The position numbers were made by a program, and so were the translations under genes. This document shows, piece after piece, positions 25,558 to 38,679 of a DNA stretch of 64,000 nucleotides; position 1 is the first letter of the stretch; each line of letters opens with the position of its first letter. The DNA comes from the human T2T-CHM13v2.0 reference genome, Homo sapiens: the NCBI RefSeq assembly GCF_009914755.1, contig NC_060934.1. The stretch is one strand, 5' to 3'. The notes under the pieces are model-generated. The model worked only from the letters and a program-made list of their open reading frames with translations. It searched no databases and had not been told where the DNA came from.

Positions 25558-25863
25558 GGCTGGGTGTGGTAGCTCATGCCTTTAATCCCAGCACTTTGGG
25601 AGGTTGAGGCATGAGGATCACTTGAGCCCAGGAGTTTGAGACCAGCCTGGGCAACACAGTGAGACTCTATCTCTTCAAAAAAAAAAAAAAATTAGAGAAG
25701 CATGGTGGCACATGCCTATAGTCCCAGCTGCTTAGGAAGTTAAGGTGGGAGGATCTTTTGAGCCTGGAAAGTCAAGGGTACAGCAAGCCATGATCATGCC
25801 ACTGCACTCCAGCCTGGGGGACACAGTGTGGCCCTGTCTTAAAAAAAAAAAAAAGAAAGTAAA
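25558..25863 (+). mobile_element. AluJ
   Basis: GGATCACTTGAGCCCAGGAGTTTGAG; TSD AGAAAAT(T/C)TCAG. Confidence 0.95.
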
Positions 25864-26163
25864 GAAAATCTCAGGGCTTTATAAAAACCATTAATTTGTT
25901 TATTAATTTATGCATTCACTTGTCAAATATTTACCTGCTAGATACTCTATCTTGGTCTATTTCTTCAGGTGACTTATGCGGGGTTTGAGTGGAGGTGCAG
26001 GGGCCAGTAAATGGGAAGAAGTCTTTATAATCTGTTTGTTTAATCTTCATCTCTCCCAGTCCTCTCTGTTTACTCCATAAAATTAAAAGAAATGCTGCCA
26101 TCTGTTTCTAGCACTGTGCTCTGTGCCTCAGGATGCTTAGAGAAGCTTAAAAACAGTTCAGGT

Positions 26164-26647
<484 letters not shown>

Positions 26648-26665
26648 TTAGTAGAAAATACATTC

Positions 26666-27090
26666 TGTAGGGTGTAGGTCCTGAAAGATATGCTCCATTC
26701 CTAACCTCTACGCCACATGCCTGTGAATGTGACCTTATTTGGAAATAGTCTTTGCAGATATAATTAAGGTAAGGATCTTGAGATGAGATCATCCTGGATT
26801 TAGGGTGAGTCCTAAATCCAATGACATTGTCATTATGACAGAAAAGAAGACAAAGGGACCTAGGGAAGGAGGTCATCTGAAGGTGGAGGCAGAAAGTAGA
26901 GTAGTGCAGCCACAAGCCAAGGAACCCCAGGAGCCATCAGAAGCTGGAAGAAGCAAGGAAGGACTCTTCCCTGGAACCTCTGGAGGGAGAGTAGTCCTGA
27001 TGAAACTTTAATTTTGGACATCTGGACTCTAGAATTTGAAAAGAATAAATTTCTACTATGTTTGTGGTAATAATTAGGAAACTAGTACAT
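26666..27090 (+). mobile_element. MLT1B-like MaLR LTR
   Basis: CCTGTGAATGTGACCTTATTTGGAAATAG...GAGATGAGATCATCCTGGATTTAGGGTG...AGAATAAATTTC. Confidence 0.85.
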
Positions 27091-27479
27091 TTTCCTCAGT
27101 CAGCAACGAAGAGACAATACCAGTGCTCAGCCAATCTGATGCTTTGCAAGACAAACATTCAGTCAGAAGCAGCATCATCACGTTTTCTACTGATCCAGAG
27201 TCCAGCCCAAATCCTTTTGAGCTTCTTTTACCTACTTCTTCTAGCTTTCTTACCCCTTTTTTTCTACTTTTATGGTAGAGTCAAAGGCACCAAAATGCAT
27301 TCAGAGGGTTGTGTCAATGAGTCGATCTTATTGGAGTGACAATTTCTATCTGATTTGATGCTGTATAAACAAATTTCCTTCCTACTGTGACAGCTTAGGA
27401 AGCTGGAATCTGGGGGGAGATCCATGCGATGTCAAGTCAAGAGTTGGAGATGGAAATAATTCATATAAGAGAAAAGTCA

Positions 27480-27533
27480 GTGTATGTGTGTGTGCACCTG
27501 TGTGTGTGTGCACCTGTGTGTATGTGTGTGTGT
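27480..27533. repeat. Interrupted (TG)n with duplicated GCACCT
   Basis: Direct reading. Confidence 0.9.
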
Positions 27534-28698
27534 CTAGGAAAGAGGCAGGGTGGTGGCTTAAGAACCTAAGCTGTGCTAAGCTGTCTCTGACTCCACTAGG
27601 TTATGGGGGTATTCAAGGACAGTGTTGGTATCTGGCATTTAATCTGATTTTGTGAATCCTACAGAATTTTTAATGTTAGAAAAGAGAATTTTGTTCCCAG
27701 AAAAACATGTAGTTGAGAATTCATACAAACTTTTCTGTTTTCTGGGAACATGTGCAGTGTTTAACCTACACTAAAGAAACTAGTGTGTTTCACTGGGTCC
27801 CTGAAACGTACAGGGATAGTGTTTGGAGTGATAGCCTTTTGACACAAACTTTCGTGCCTTTGTCTCTGCTCAGGGTGGTAGTGGGTGGTCACAGATGGTG
27901 GCTGACTTTCTTTAGAACTAGGGAGGGAGACCCCTTCTTTCTCTGGGCATTATTCTACTTTCACTCCGGAGAATCTCACCCCTCCTTGTTCAGATCATTT
28001 TCCCTTACTGGCAGGAGAAAGGGGACTTTGATATGCAGCAGTTCAAGAAAGGAGGGCTTTCCATGGAGGGCATATTTCTGGGTTGCTCTGCTGCATGGAG
28101 TGGTGCCTTCCTGGGAGCCATTTATAGAAATGACTGGAAACCTCTTAGGAAGGAATTTAAGATAAGAAAGGAGAGAATGGGGGAACACAAATTTGGTCCA
28201 AGGAAAATGGCTCAGTGTGAAACGGGAGGGGTGGCTTTTGCACTGCCTTCCTACTGTTCCTAGAAACTTGTGCCAGAATCTTGAGTAGTGGAGATGGAAA
28301 GAAAAATACGTTGAAGCTCTTCTGTCACCGTAGTTTCCATATGTAGGAACTCAGCTACATTCAGAGGGTCAATGCAAAGCCCACATCCCTGGGGAGCAGA
28401 GAAGGCTGGCCAAGGCCCAGAGCAGCAGACAGCATGGAGCAGGGCGGGAGCCTGCTCCACAGAAGCAGGTGGAGCAGGGAGGAGAAATCCTACTGCACTC
28501 CAGGGGCCTCCCAGGGATATTTGGGAGGTGGGGTGGGCCAGGGCAGGGCTAGATTCTGCTATTGTGGGTGGGAAGCAGATCCAGGGAATCAGGGTTTTGT
28601 TTGTCTTACCTGTTTCTGTTATGGTGACCTTGATTTTGTATCTAGGCTGGAGAGACCTGGGAAACACTGGTTACATAGGATTATAAAGCCTGTCACAT

Positions 28699-28910
28699 CA
28701 CAGGGAGGGGAACATCACACACCAGCGCCTGTTGCCGGGTGTGGGGCTAGGGGAGGGATAGCATTAGGAGAAATATCTAATGTAGATGACAGGTTGATAG
28801 GTGCAGCAAACCACCATGGCACGTGTACACCTGTGTAACAAACCTGCACGTTCTGCACGTGTATCCCAGAACTTAAAGTATAATTACAAAAAAAAAAAAA
28901 AAAAAGAAAA
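28699..28910 (+). mobile_element. 5'-truncated L1PA (PA6-8-like) 3' end with poly-A
   Basis: GGGGAGGGATAGCATTAGGAGAAATATCTAATGTAGATGAC...AACTTAAAGTATAA plus A-tail; degenerate TSD CCT(G/A)TCACAT. Confidence 0.95.
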
Positions 28911-29685
28911 CACCTATCACATTTACTGAAAGCCTGTCATTGCTGGTACCCATTGAAAAACAACAAGCTCACTTTAAAAAGTCAGTAAGTCAATGAAAAG
29001 AACTTATGAGACTTGTGATTTAGTGAAATTGATTAATAAAAACAATTTACATAGATGTGAATAATAAACTTGAATCATGAAATAAATATTCAGAGTTAGG
29101 TCCCATTAAGGGCATCATTTTCTTTCTTCTATTCCCATGATAAACTTGCTGTCTTATGGCCAAAAGCTGCACCTGTAGCGACAAGATGGTTTGGTCCCAC
29201 CCACCTGTGCTGCCTGGAACAGCTCAGTGATGAGGATGGGTAATGCTGGTAGACCAGAGTAGACTCAGTTCAGCCTCCTTCCTAATTCTTCGAGCCAAGG
29301 TAGTGCTCCAGAGAGCTTCCAGGAAATGTGAGTCTCTGTGGCCTTCTTTACTCTCGATCTCTCTCACCCATCTCAGATCTATTAGTCAGGAGGTTTCCAA
29401 TATCTAGGGACATTTCAACATCTCCACTCAGGCCTCTACTGACCCTACGGCTGCTAACTTCCTGGAGCAGCTGAGAATACTGAAGATCAAGGACTCTCTC
29501 CTGGTGGCCTTTAATTGTGAGGAAATATCCTGCCTTTTTAATCCAGTCCTGCAGATACTGAGTTCCTCTGTGCTAGGCAGAGGAACCGAGGACTCCAACA
29601 CGTATACCCTTAGGGGTATTGGGAAGATAAAATTTACACTGAAATCAAAAAGGACAGAAGAAAAAAACAGGAAGAACAGTGTCAT

Positions 29686-30100
29686 GTGATGGCTAAGAGC
29701 TTGGGCTCTGGAGTCAAAGAAATTATATTCAAATCTTAGTTCCCAAAGAAACTTCGGAAAAGGTATCTTAACTTCATTATGCCTCTAATTTCTTATGTAT
29801 GAAATGGCAGTCATAACAATATGACTGGTGTCATGGCACCTGGTTGACCCCATGCTTATGTAAAGGCACTGCCAGCCCAGTGGGTCCTAGGCACTTGTAG
29901 GGACCTAGTGAAGCCCAAGGAAGGAGCTTCAGAAAAGCACAGTTTCCCTGTGGTGAGGCACTGGGGCCTGGCCCTTCACCTGCCTGTGTCTGCTCCTAGG
30001 TTGATGTGAGGATGAAAGAGCTAAGTCATGAAAAGCATCCAGACAATAAGCACAGCAAGCACAGAAAAAACTCTCAGAAATGGTGCTGTTATTATTACCA
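29686..30100 (+). mobile_element. MIR, split by a ~180 bp unidentified insert (29820-29998)
   Basis: GGCTAAGAGCTTGGGCTCTGGAGTCA...GCCTCTAATTTCTTATGTATGAAATGG then GGGTTGATGTGAGGATGAAA. Confidence 0.65.
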
Positions 30101-30667
30101 ATAGCAATAAGGCCCAGACTCCTGAGGATGGACAGTAGTTCCTGTGGGGATTTACTAGCAGCAGGAGATTTAGGGGAGCAAGAGGCTACTGGAGTGGATG
30201 TACCATTGGGCAGACAAACTGTGAGATGGCCTTGAAGATGCCATCAGGACATCACCAAGTGACTGGCCCTGGAACCGTGGGAGGCAACCTTCATTAAAGG
30301 AGTATGGGTTGAGTCCTGCAGCCAGACGAGAGTGGAAGATTTTTCAGTGTGCTGGTTTAAGGGCACGTGAAGTCTGGAGAAAGCCAGGCCCAAAGCCCAG
30401 AAAGGTCAGGGGGTGTTTGGGGAATGGTAAGTAAATTCCCTCCAATCCCAAGTTGGAGCAGAGAGACAAATGCGACAGAAGGGTTGATGCAAACTGTAAG
30501 ATTGAAGACAGCAGTCTTAGGAGACTTTGGTGAGGGAAAAGAAAGCTAAGAGAAGAGAAGAGAAGGGCACTCCCTAGAGGCCAACAGGGAGCACAGGAAG
30601 GAAGCTCCCTGGACAATGGGGAGACGACAGAGGTCTTCCCAAAGCAGGACTCACCAGGTGAACTATT

Positions 30668-31019
30668 TGATATGGGTTGGCTCTGTGTCCCCACCCAAAT
30701 CTCATCTCGAATTGTAATCCCCATGTATAGAGGGAGGGACCGGGCGGGAGATGATTGGATCATGGGGGTGGTTTCCCCCATGCTGTTCTCCTGACAGGGA
30801 GTTCTCATAAGAAATGGTTTTAAAAAGTCAGTTTCCCTTGAGCTCTTTCTCCTGCTGCCTTGTGAGGAAGGTGCCTGCTTTCCCTTCACCTTCTGCCATG
30901 ATTGCAAGTGTCCTGTATCCTCCCGGCCATGTGGAACTGTGAGTCAATTAAATCTATTTTCTTTATAAATCACCCAGTCTCAGGTATTCTTTAGAACAGT
31001 GTGACATCGGACTAAAACA
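30668..31019 (+). mobile_element. THE1D-like solo LTR
   Basis: TGATATGG...CTAAAACA, 352 bp, perfect 5-bp TSD CTATT (30663-30667 and 31020-31024). Confidence 0.95.
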
Positions 31020-31379
31020 CTATTTCTCCCAGCCCGAATGCTGGAGTGGGTGTATATGCAACTGATATCCCCAGTAACTGCGGGCTCCCTTTGGCTGCTA
31101 AGTGAATGGCAGGGAGGCTTGAGGCTGCGCTGTTCACTTTAGGAAACAGCGAGGTGTCTGAGCTAGGGAATCCTAAAAAGGATTACTGTCACAAATTGAA
31201 TTGAAATTTAAGAAACACACAAACTGAAACAAGACCTTTTAATTTGTAGCCCCAAACAGGCAAACTGCTCTGTTGAAACAATTAAGCAGCTGTGATGAGG
31301 AGGGGCAGCAATACACAGCAGCTGCCCGGATTTCCAAGGAGGTTACAGAGAGTTCACAGACTTAGAACCACTCTAGCTC

Positions 31380-31684
31380 ACCTGGCTCCACGTGGCGACT
31401 CAAGGCTCTGCACCCTTCCGGCCGCTAAGACAAGGCCTCAGACACGGGGTTCTGCCCTGTCTACTGTCAGCAGAGCCAAGCTGAGAAGGATGGGCACGAG
31501 AAAAGGTAATTGGCTTTAAAGGGTGGGGATGCAGGTGACCTTCGCAAGGGCAGCTTTTGCTGACCCTATAGGAGCAGGGGACGCACTCACCAGGCCGCGC
31601 CACTAGGGGACGCGGGGCAGACTCCCGGCCCTTCCTGAGCCCGGCTGTGGTGGGCGGCCCGCCCTTCACCCTCACAAGGTAGGG
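31380..31684 (+). promoter_or_regulatory. Small CpG cluster with CTCF motif(s), E-box, GC boxes and splice donors
   Basis: CCACTAGGGGACGC 31600-31613; GGAGCAGGGGACGC 31571-31584; CACGTG 31389-31394; GGGCGG 31652-31657; AAG|GTAATT 31506; AAG|GTAGGG 31679. Confidence 0.6.
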
Positions 31685-32469
31685 CTCTCACCAACACCAT
31701 TTCCATTGTGTTTTTTATTTGTAAAGGAATACACGGAAAATTGGGTAACTACAGAAAACCACAAAGAAAAAAAAATTCCAGTCCCTAAGCGCTGGAATTC
31801 CTCTAACAGCCTTTTGGTGTGTAATGAGTGTTTCATCTTTTAATTTTTTAATTAAAAAAAATGTTTTTTAGAGTAACAGCTGGTATCAGAATTCCTTTTT
31901 GGGTGAAATTCCTTTTTTTCCCCCCTTTTTTCTTTTTGATAAAGATAAGCTGATACATTTTCTGGCTTTAGGATGGGACAATATACTGTCCCTTGGTACA
32001 GGAAGAAAAGGAGGGATGGGGCTGGGTGTCCTCTGGAAAAAGGGAGTCAGAGGTGGCTGGTGACACAGAGGAGGCATTTGTGGCATTTCATGGTGGATAT
32101 TTTTGGGGTGCTGTGAAGAGGCATTAATGTTGAGTCTAGGTCAATGCAAGTAGCATAAATGTGTCAAGGAAGCAGGAGCTCAGGAGGAGGTGAGCACTGA
32201 AACCCGTGGGAAACTGCAGAAATCTTGGGGCAGGGTTTGGGATTTCCTAAACTGTGGCGAAATTATGGGAGTGAATCCACTATACCTGGAAATTTGGGGA
32301 AGGGAAGTCATCCCCCTGGGTTGTAAGTGTTCATGCTATAAATTTATTATTGGATTCATATTGGTATTTTATATATAAACTGCATATATATATATGCAAT
32401 TTTTATCGTGTTATAATCTTTGCTGTATTTATGTATGTGTGTGTATATATATATATATTTCTTTTTTTT

Positions 32470-32720
32470 ATCTTTTCTTCTTCTTTTCTTTCTTTCTTTC
32501 TTTTTTTTTTTTTGAGACTGGGTCTCTTGCTTTATTGCCCAGGCTAGAGTACAGTGGTGTGATCACAGCTCATGGCAGCCTCGACGTCCTTAGCTCAAGT
32601 GATCCTCCCACCTCCACCCCCCAGAGTAGCTGGGACTACGGGTGGACACCACTATGCCAGACTAATTTTTAATTTTTTTTTTTTTGTAGAGATGTGGTCT
32701 CATTATGTTACCCAGGCTAG
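32470..32720 (-). mobile_element. 5'-truncated AluJ with TTTC tail
   Basis: GGGTCTCTTGC...CAGGCTAGAGTACAGTGG...GTAGAGATGTGGTCTCATTATGTTACCCAGGCTAG. Confidence 0.85.
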
Positions 32721-35700
32721 TTCCTTATATTCTCAGAGAACATATGCATGTGCGTATATGTAAAAATATGTATGAAATTAAAAATACTTACTTAAACATT
32801 GTAATATTTTGTCATTTAGATGAAATGCTAATCCCTAAATTTGGATGTTGAGAGTGTTTCCATGTAAGTTACTATCAAAGAAAACTTCCCTTACCTGTTT
32901 TGAATTCAGGGGGACTGAACATTCACTTCAAAAATAACTTCCAGGCACATCGTTGACTGTTCTCGCATTGTGCTGGGCTTTTTAGTTGTGTGTTTCCATT
33001 TCCTCCATTACAAAGGGAACTCCATGAACTCAAGACACTTCTTATTTCATCTTCGCAGCATAGTGTCAAACATCTTATATGAGTTCAGTGCGTGTTTTTA
33101 AATAAACACGAGATTTTGAGTCAATGGGCAGACATATGCACCTGGTGAGGCAGTATTCTAAGCTGACAGTTAACTCTACACCCCACACTGCTCAGGGGAG
33201 CCCCGAGGGAGGGCTGTGTTCATGGTTCCTGCATCCAGGTAGCTGGATTTACACAGATTATTTTCTTGTTTGACACCTAATGGGTTTTTCCAATAATATT
33301 TTGTATTGCCCATAGTTCTGTTTTCTGAAGCTGAAAGTGAGTATGGGGAGGAGTGGAGGAGATGGGAGAAGGAAGGAGAAGGATCAAGCTCAAGCTGCCC
33401 ACTGGCCTGCCTTGATATCCTATTATTATTTCAACTTTAGCAAGGTAGACACTTTAAGAATCAAATTTCAGTTCCAAAAAGAACGCTAGAGAAAAATGTG
33501 AGAACAAATACTTATGTCTTCCTGTTTTGAATTTGAATGGATACACAGTTTCACCTAGACTTTGAGTTTGTTGGCTTTGTTATTTCTAACATTTCAGATA
33601 CCTGTAGATTTGAGCAGTTAACTGAAAAAAAGCCTCCTTTTTATTGGCAGTTGAGAAGAGAACTATCTTCCAGAACTAACAGATTCTTTGGGAAATAAGT
33701 GTTTCCTTTGCTTTTTTAAAAAGCAAATGTCTTCTGCTTTCTAATGTCTTCTGTTAAGAAAAGGTGAGTCCTGGTATATGTGTCAGGGCAGTCTCAATGG
33801 CAAGCACAATAAATGGAATGGCCCTAGGCAAAGTAATTCCTTTCTGTCTTCCTGGCCGACTTGCTGAGGATAATGCAATATATACAGTAAGCTCAGAGGA
33901 AAGGGAAACTACAGGTGCTTTTCAGAAATTTTCTTTCATCCCAAGTTGGCCTTTTCCAATTTTTTTTTTCTCTTTCACCTTTTAATGACTTTAACAAAAT
34001 TTCAGTGAGTTAAGATACTCAAGACCAAATCAAAAGCATGGGCTCTTATACTTTCAACAAAATAAAAATGCAAACGTCAAGAACTCAGGAATAAATGATG
34101 TCTTCAACACAAACACATGTTCATCAGAGTACCTTATCAGATTAGCTCCGTGTGTCTTAGACATACTACCCACCCTATGAAGGAGTTTCCCGGATCATGC
34201 TTTGATAGGTGACTCAGGGTTTCTTCTCATATCTGCTTCCAACTTATCTCTCTAGCTCCAAACAGTTACATGCATCATGAAGTTGAGCCAAATGGAAGGA
34301 TCTCTGGTCCCGAAATAAAGTCGCCATCCTTATTTTTGTATTGCTGTGTAAGTCTTTGGAAATCTCCAGCAGTGCTCCCGTCTTTAAGAATATTCCAGGC
34401 ATTCCTCAATGAGTTCTTGAGATGGGCCTCTGCAGCAGTCTTCTAGACATTCATGCCTCCAAGAATTTCTTATGTGCACTTTTCATTTAAATCCTTACAA
34501 CTCTGCACCATTTAATAAACCCTAGCAGGCGTTTTGCCACCAAAACTTTGTTTTCAATTTTAGTTTAAGCTGTTTTAAAATTTTATTCTTGGCCAACATT
34601 TTTGGGTTTCAGAACATCTGGATGAAATGTAATAAAGAGTCAGCTAATCTTTCCCACGTTGGCCCACCTAGTGCCAAAGAAGTCTGAAGTTTTTTCATTT
34701 TCCTAGATTTAGTTAGAATTTTATATTTTTCTCTTTAGTGTGAATTCATTTATCTTGTTTTCATTGCTCCAGTCAAACCTGTATCTTAGCAACTATTTTA
34801 GAAGCATTTTTCAGTAGAAGATGTTTTTGTGGGAAGGTAGAGATAACTATATCTTTCTCAGAGCATAAAAAATGTATAGCTACAGGCTCACTCACATGGT
34901 GATCATAAATTTCATGGCAGAAACTCACTGACATCTCCATAATATTATTAATCATGATAAAGTAGAAGTCAGGATAAGGCAAGTCTCTTCTAAGGATGCT
35001 CAGGTTATGGTTTACTGAAAAAATCCCACTGCATTATATGGCAGTCTCAGCCTTGGAAGCCTCGTGTCTAAATATTGCCTTATATTACAAGGAGCTTTCC
35101 ACAAATGCAGGACTGTGGCATGAAAAACATTCTGAAAAATAACAACTCCCTTAACTTAAAAAAGAACCTCATCTACATTGTATGTGTCATGTAAACACAG
35201 ACTTCCTTTGATAGTTACATGTCTGATTATTCTTATTAGTGCTAAATCATAGCTCTCTCAATTTCTTCCTTAGATTTAATGCTAATTTATTCCTCTTCAA
35301 GCTGTCAGCTTTGTCCTTTTCTGTCTTCAGTGAAACTGGCTCATGGCTAACTACCATTGTTTATGTGGTATTCTTTTATGGCTTGAAAATTTATAGTCAC
35401 TTTCTACTCCTCTAACTGAAACAATTCCTATTCTTTTAATCTCTCCTTGGAAAGCCTGTTTAATTTCTGTTTTTGTTGCTCTCCTGTGGATCTTCTTTGA
35501 GTTCTCTAGATTTTGATACACTTTGTGTTGAACAGAGAAGTTTAGCAAAGATTGTTTCTCATTGTTCCAAGGTAGATTACTTGATGATACCCTGATGGGG
35601 AACTGATAGGTGACACTGCATGGGAAATTCCTTTGAGAACCCTAAAGTACCCCCAAATGAAAGAGAAGATTACTGCTTGGTTGTACATCTTGGGCAGTGT

Positions 35701-35889
35701 CTTTATTTCTGGAAGTAGAGTTTAAATATTTTTTTCTCTGTTCGGTCACTCATTCATTTTTTCAACAATAACCTTTTTTTTTTTTAATCAAATTTGAAGT
35801 GCTGGACAAAGCATTGAAAGTTTAGCAATATCTGTCTGTGGTAGATTTACTTGCTATTTCAGTTTTTATTCTCTAGTAAGAAAAATATG

Positions 35890-38365
35890 AATATAAGGAA
35901 ATGTCCTCAGTTTGATAAAAAGCATCTATGAAAAGCCTACATCTGCCATTGTACTTAATAATGAATAGCTGAACACTTTTCCACTGAGACTGGGGACAAG
36001 GCAAGGATGTCTGCTCTCATCATCTTTTTTTCCTATACTGTCCTGGAGGTCTTAGCCAGTGTAATAAGGCACAAAAGGCATTCAGATTGGAAAAGAAGTA
36101 AAACTGGCTTTGTTCACATTTGGTGTGATTGTCTGCAATGAAAATTTTAAGGAATCTACCGAAAGTGAAAAAAAAAGTGAAAAATTGAACCAGTAAGTGA
36201 ATGTAGCTAGGCCTCATGGTTCAAGATCATGATGCGTTTAATTGTACTTCTATATACTAGCAATGAACAACTGGAAAATAACCTTTAAAAACCACAACAT
36301 TTGTAACAGCATAAAAAAGTACTGTAGGACAAATTTAATGAGAACTATGTAAGAGCCTTCTGCTAAAAAGTAAGAAATATTATAGAAAGACTTAAAGAAG
36401 GCCTAAATAAATGAAGAGATATTATAGCATGTTCATGAATCATAAAACACAATATTATTAAGATGTCCATTCTCCCCAAATTGATCAATGCAATCTCAAT
36501 CAAAATATCAAGACTTTTCTTTTTAGAAATTAACAAGCTGACCTAAAAAATTATGTAGATATACAAAAGACCTAGCATAAACAAATTTTGAAAGATAACA
36601 GAAAAAAGTTATTTTAAAATTTACCATAAAGCTTACAGTAATCAAGACACTGTAATATTGATGTAGGGATAGGCAAATAAATCATGGAATGGATAGAAAC
36701 CAGAAATAGACCTACATTAATATAGTCAACTAATTTCTGAATTACCAAAAGAATTAAATGGAAAATAGTGCTGGAAGAAATGACTATCTTTCAAGAAAAC
36801 CAAAATGAACCTTGCTTCCTACCTCACTTATACCATCCACAAAAATTATTTCAAAATGGATCATAGGCCTAAATATGAAAACCAAATCTTTAAATTTCTA
36901 GAAGTAAACATAGGAGAAAATCTTCATGACTTGTGTTGACAAATATTTTCTAGAAAAGAAAAGTCACAGAAAGCAGAATCCAAAAAGGGCAAAATTGATA
37001 AAAATTGGACTTCAGAAAAATTTAAAACTTCTCTTTATCAAAAGACATCAATAATAGGAATAGATATGTCATTAACAGGGGAGAAAATAGTAAAAAATAT
37101 TTAGTAAAAATCTTCTTTTGGGAATATATAAAGAACTTATACTTCTCAATATTAAAAAAAATAAAAACAACCCTCCCAAACTGCAAAAGTCTTGGCCAGA
37201 AAATTCATAGTAAAAAATATACAATGACCCATAAACACATGAAAAATTCTCAAATTATTAATCATCAAGGAAATAAAAATTAAAACCCCAATGGGGTATC
37301 ACTACACATGTAATAGAGTGGCAGAAAGGAGAAACTGATGATGCCAATGTAATTAAGAGTGTGAAGCAACTGAAACTCTCAGTGTTGCTTGTGGAACCTT
37401 GAAATTGCATAACCTCCTTGGAAAAAGTGTGTCAGTTTCTTATAAAGTTAAGCATATACCTATCCTTCGGCTCTCCAAGGCATTTACCAAAATAAATGGG
37501 AGCACAAGGCAACAGAAATGCTTACAGAAGAATGTTTATAGTTGCTTTATTCATACTAAAAAAGTGTTAGCAACACAAATATTCTTCAAACAATAAGAAG
37601 AAATTGCAATATAATCATACAATGGAGTACTATTCAGCAATAAAAATGAAGGAGCTATTGATACATGTGACAACATAGACCTAGTGATAAATGTTTAACT
37701 AGCTTTAAATATATTGTTGATAACTTTAAAAAGTCCTTATTTGTAGTGTTTGCTGATTTCCATGGTGTAGTAACTCACACTGGCCCATTTCAACCTACCT
37801 ATGAAACGTGGAATTGGAAAGAGGTGCTCAGTAGCATACCACTATACAGATAAAATGGTTGTAAGTAACTTCAAGAGAATATGTAATAAAATGTAGGAAA
37901 TACTTAGGAAATAATGTCCTTTGATTATTATTTTTGTTTTTAAAATGTCATTTAATTGTAAGTTTATATAATTTAATTTTTGATGATAGTTTTTTTAACA
38001 ACCAGCTCTCAGAGTTTCTGAAAATTTAGCATTCAGCTCTTGTGAACTGGTATGAGCCACTGGAAGAGTCTCACATAGTATGCTAAGTAAAAAAAAATGG
38101 TCACTAAAGAGTAAATACTGTATGATTTTGTTTACATGAAGCTCTATAGCAGGCAAAATGAATCTGTGGAGACAGAAATGCAGACTATTAGTTGTCTTTT
38201 GGCTTAGGGTAGGGGATGAGACCAGTTGGGGAGAGATATGAGGAAACTTTCTGGGGTGTTGGAAAAGTTTTGTCTTGATAGAGATGTATGTTTTTTAGCA
38301 GATGTTTTTGAGCTGCACACTTAAGTTTAGTGGATTTCTCTGCATGTAAACTCTATCCGAATAAC
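35890..38365 (+). mobile_element. Old L1M (MC/MD-like) ORF2 3' half plus 3'UTR, interrupted by MER63
   Basis: GGGACAAGGCAAGGATGTCTGCTCTCA (GTRQGCPLS), GATTGGAAAAGAAGTAAAAC, ATGGAGTACTATTCAGCAATAAAAA. Confidence 0.85.
37683..38063. mobile_element. MER63 (hAT-Blackjack)
   Basis: TTGTAGTGTTTGCTGATTTCCATGGTGTA...TTTAACAACCAGCTC...CTGAAAATTTAGC...CTGGTATGAGCC. Confidence 0.75.
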
Positions 38366-38425
38366 AAAGAAAAGGAAAGTGAAACCAGCCATAGCAACAA
38401 TAAGTTAATGAAACGGGGCCAATGT

Positions 38426-38427
<2 letters not shown>

Positions 38428-38475
<48 letters not shown>

Positions 38476-38479
38476 ACAC
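38428..38479. repeat. (CA)n microsatellite
   Basis: Direct reading. Confidence 0.97.
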
Positions 38480-38679
38480 TATCAGGCAAGCCAAAAGGGA
38501 AAACTGATCATGAGCAAAGAATATTGAGGTGTGAAAAAGTCCAAAATATTTGGTAAATCCTATTGGTTCTGTATGTCTGGAGCATAAGGTTTACTGAAGA
38601 GATGGCTAGAAAGGTAGGTTAGGGCCTGATCAGCAATAAATTTACATAGTGATCCATGATTGGGCCCCTGCTATCATGG

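Noticed and set aside
27713-28838. Cluster of 100-150 aa ORFs
   Set aside because: No recognisable homology or exon structure; one runs into an L1 3'UTR
30344-30907. 187-aa ORF (longest in the track)
   Set aside because: Begins in antisense THE1 LTR sequence; no domain similarity or coding signature
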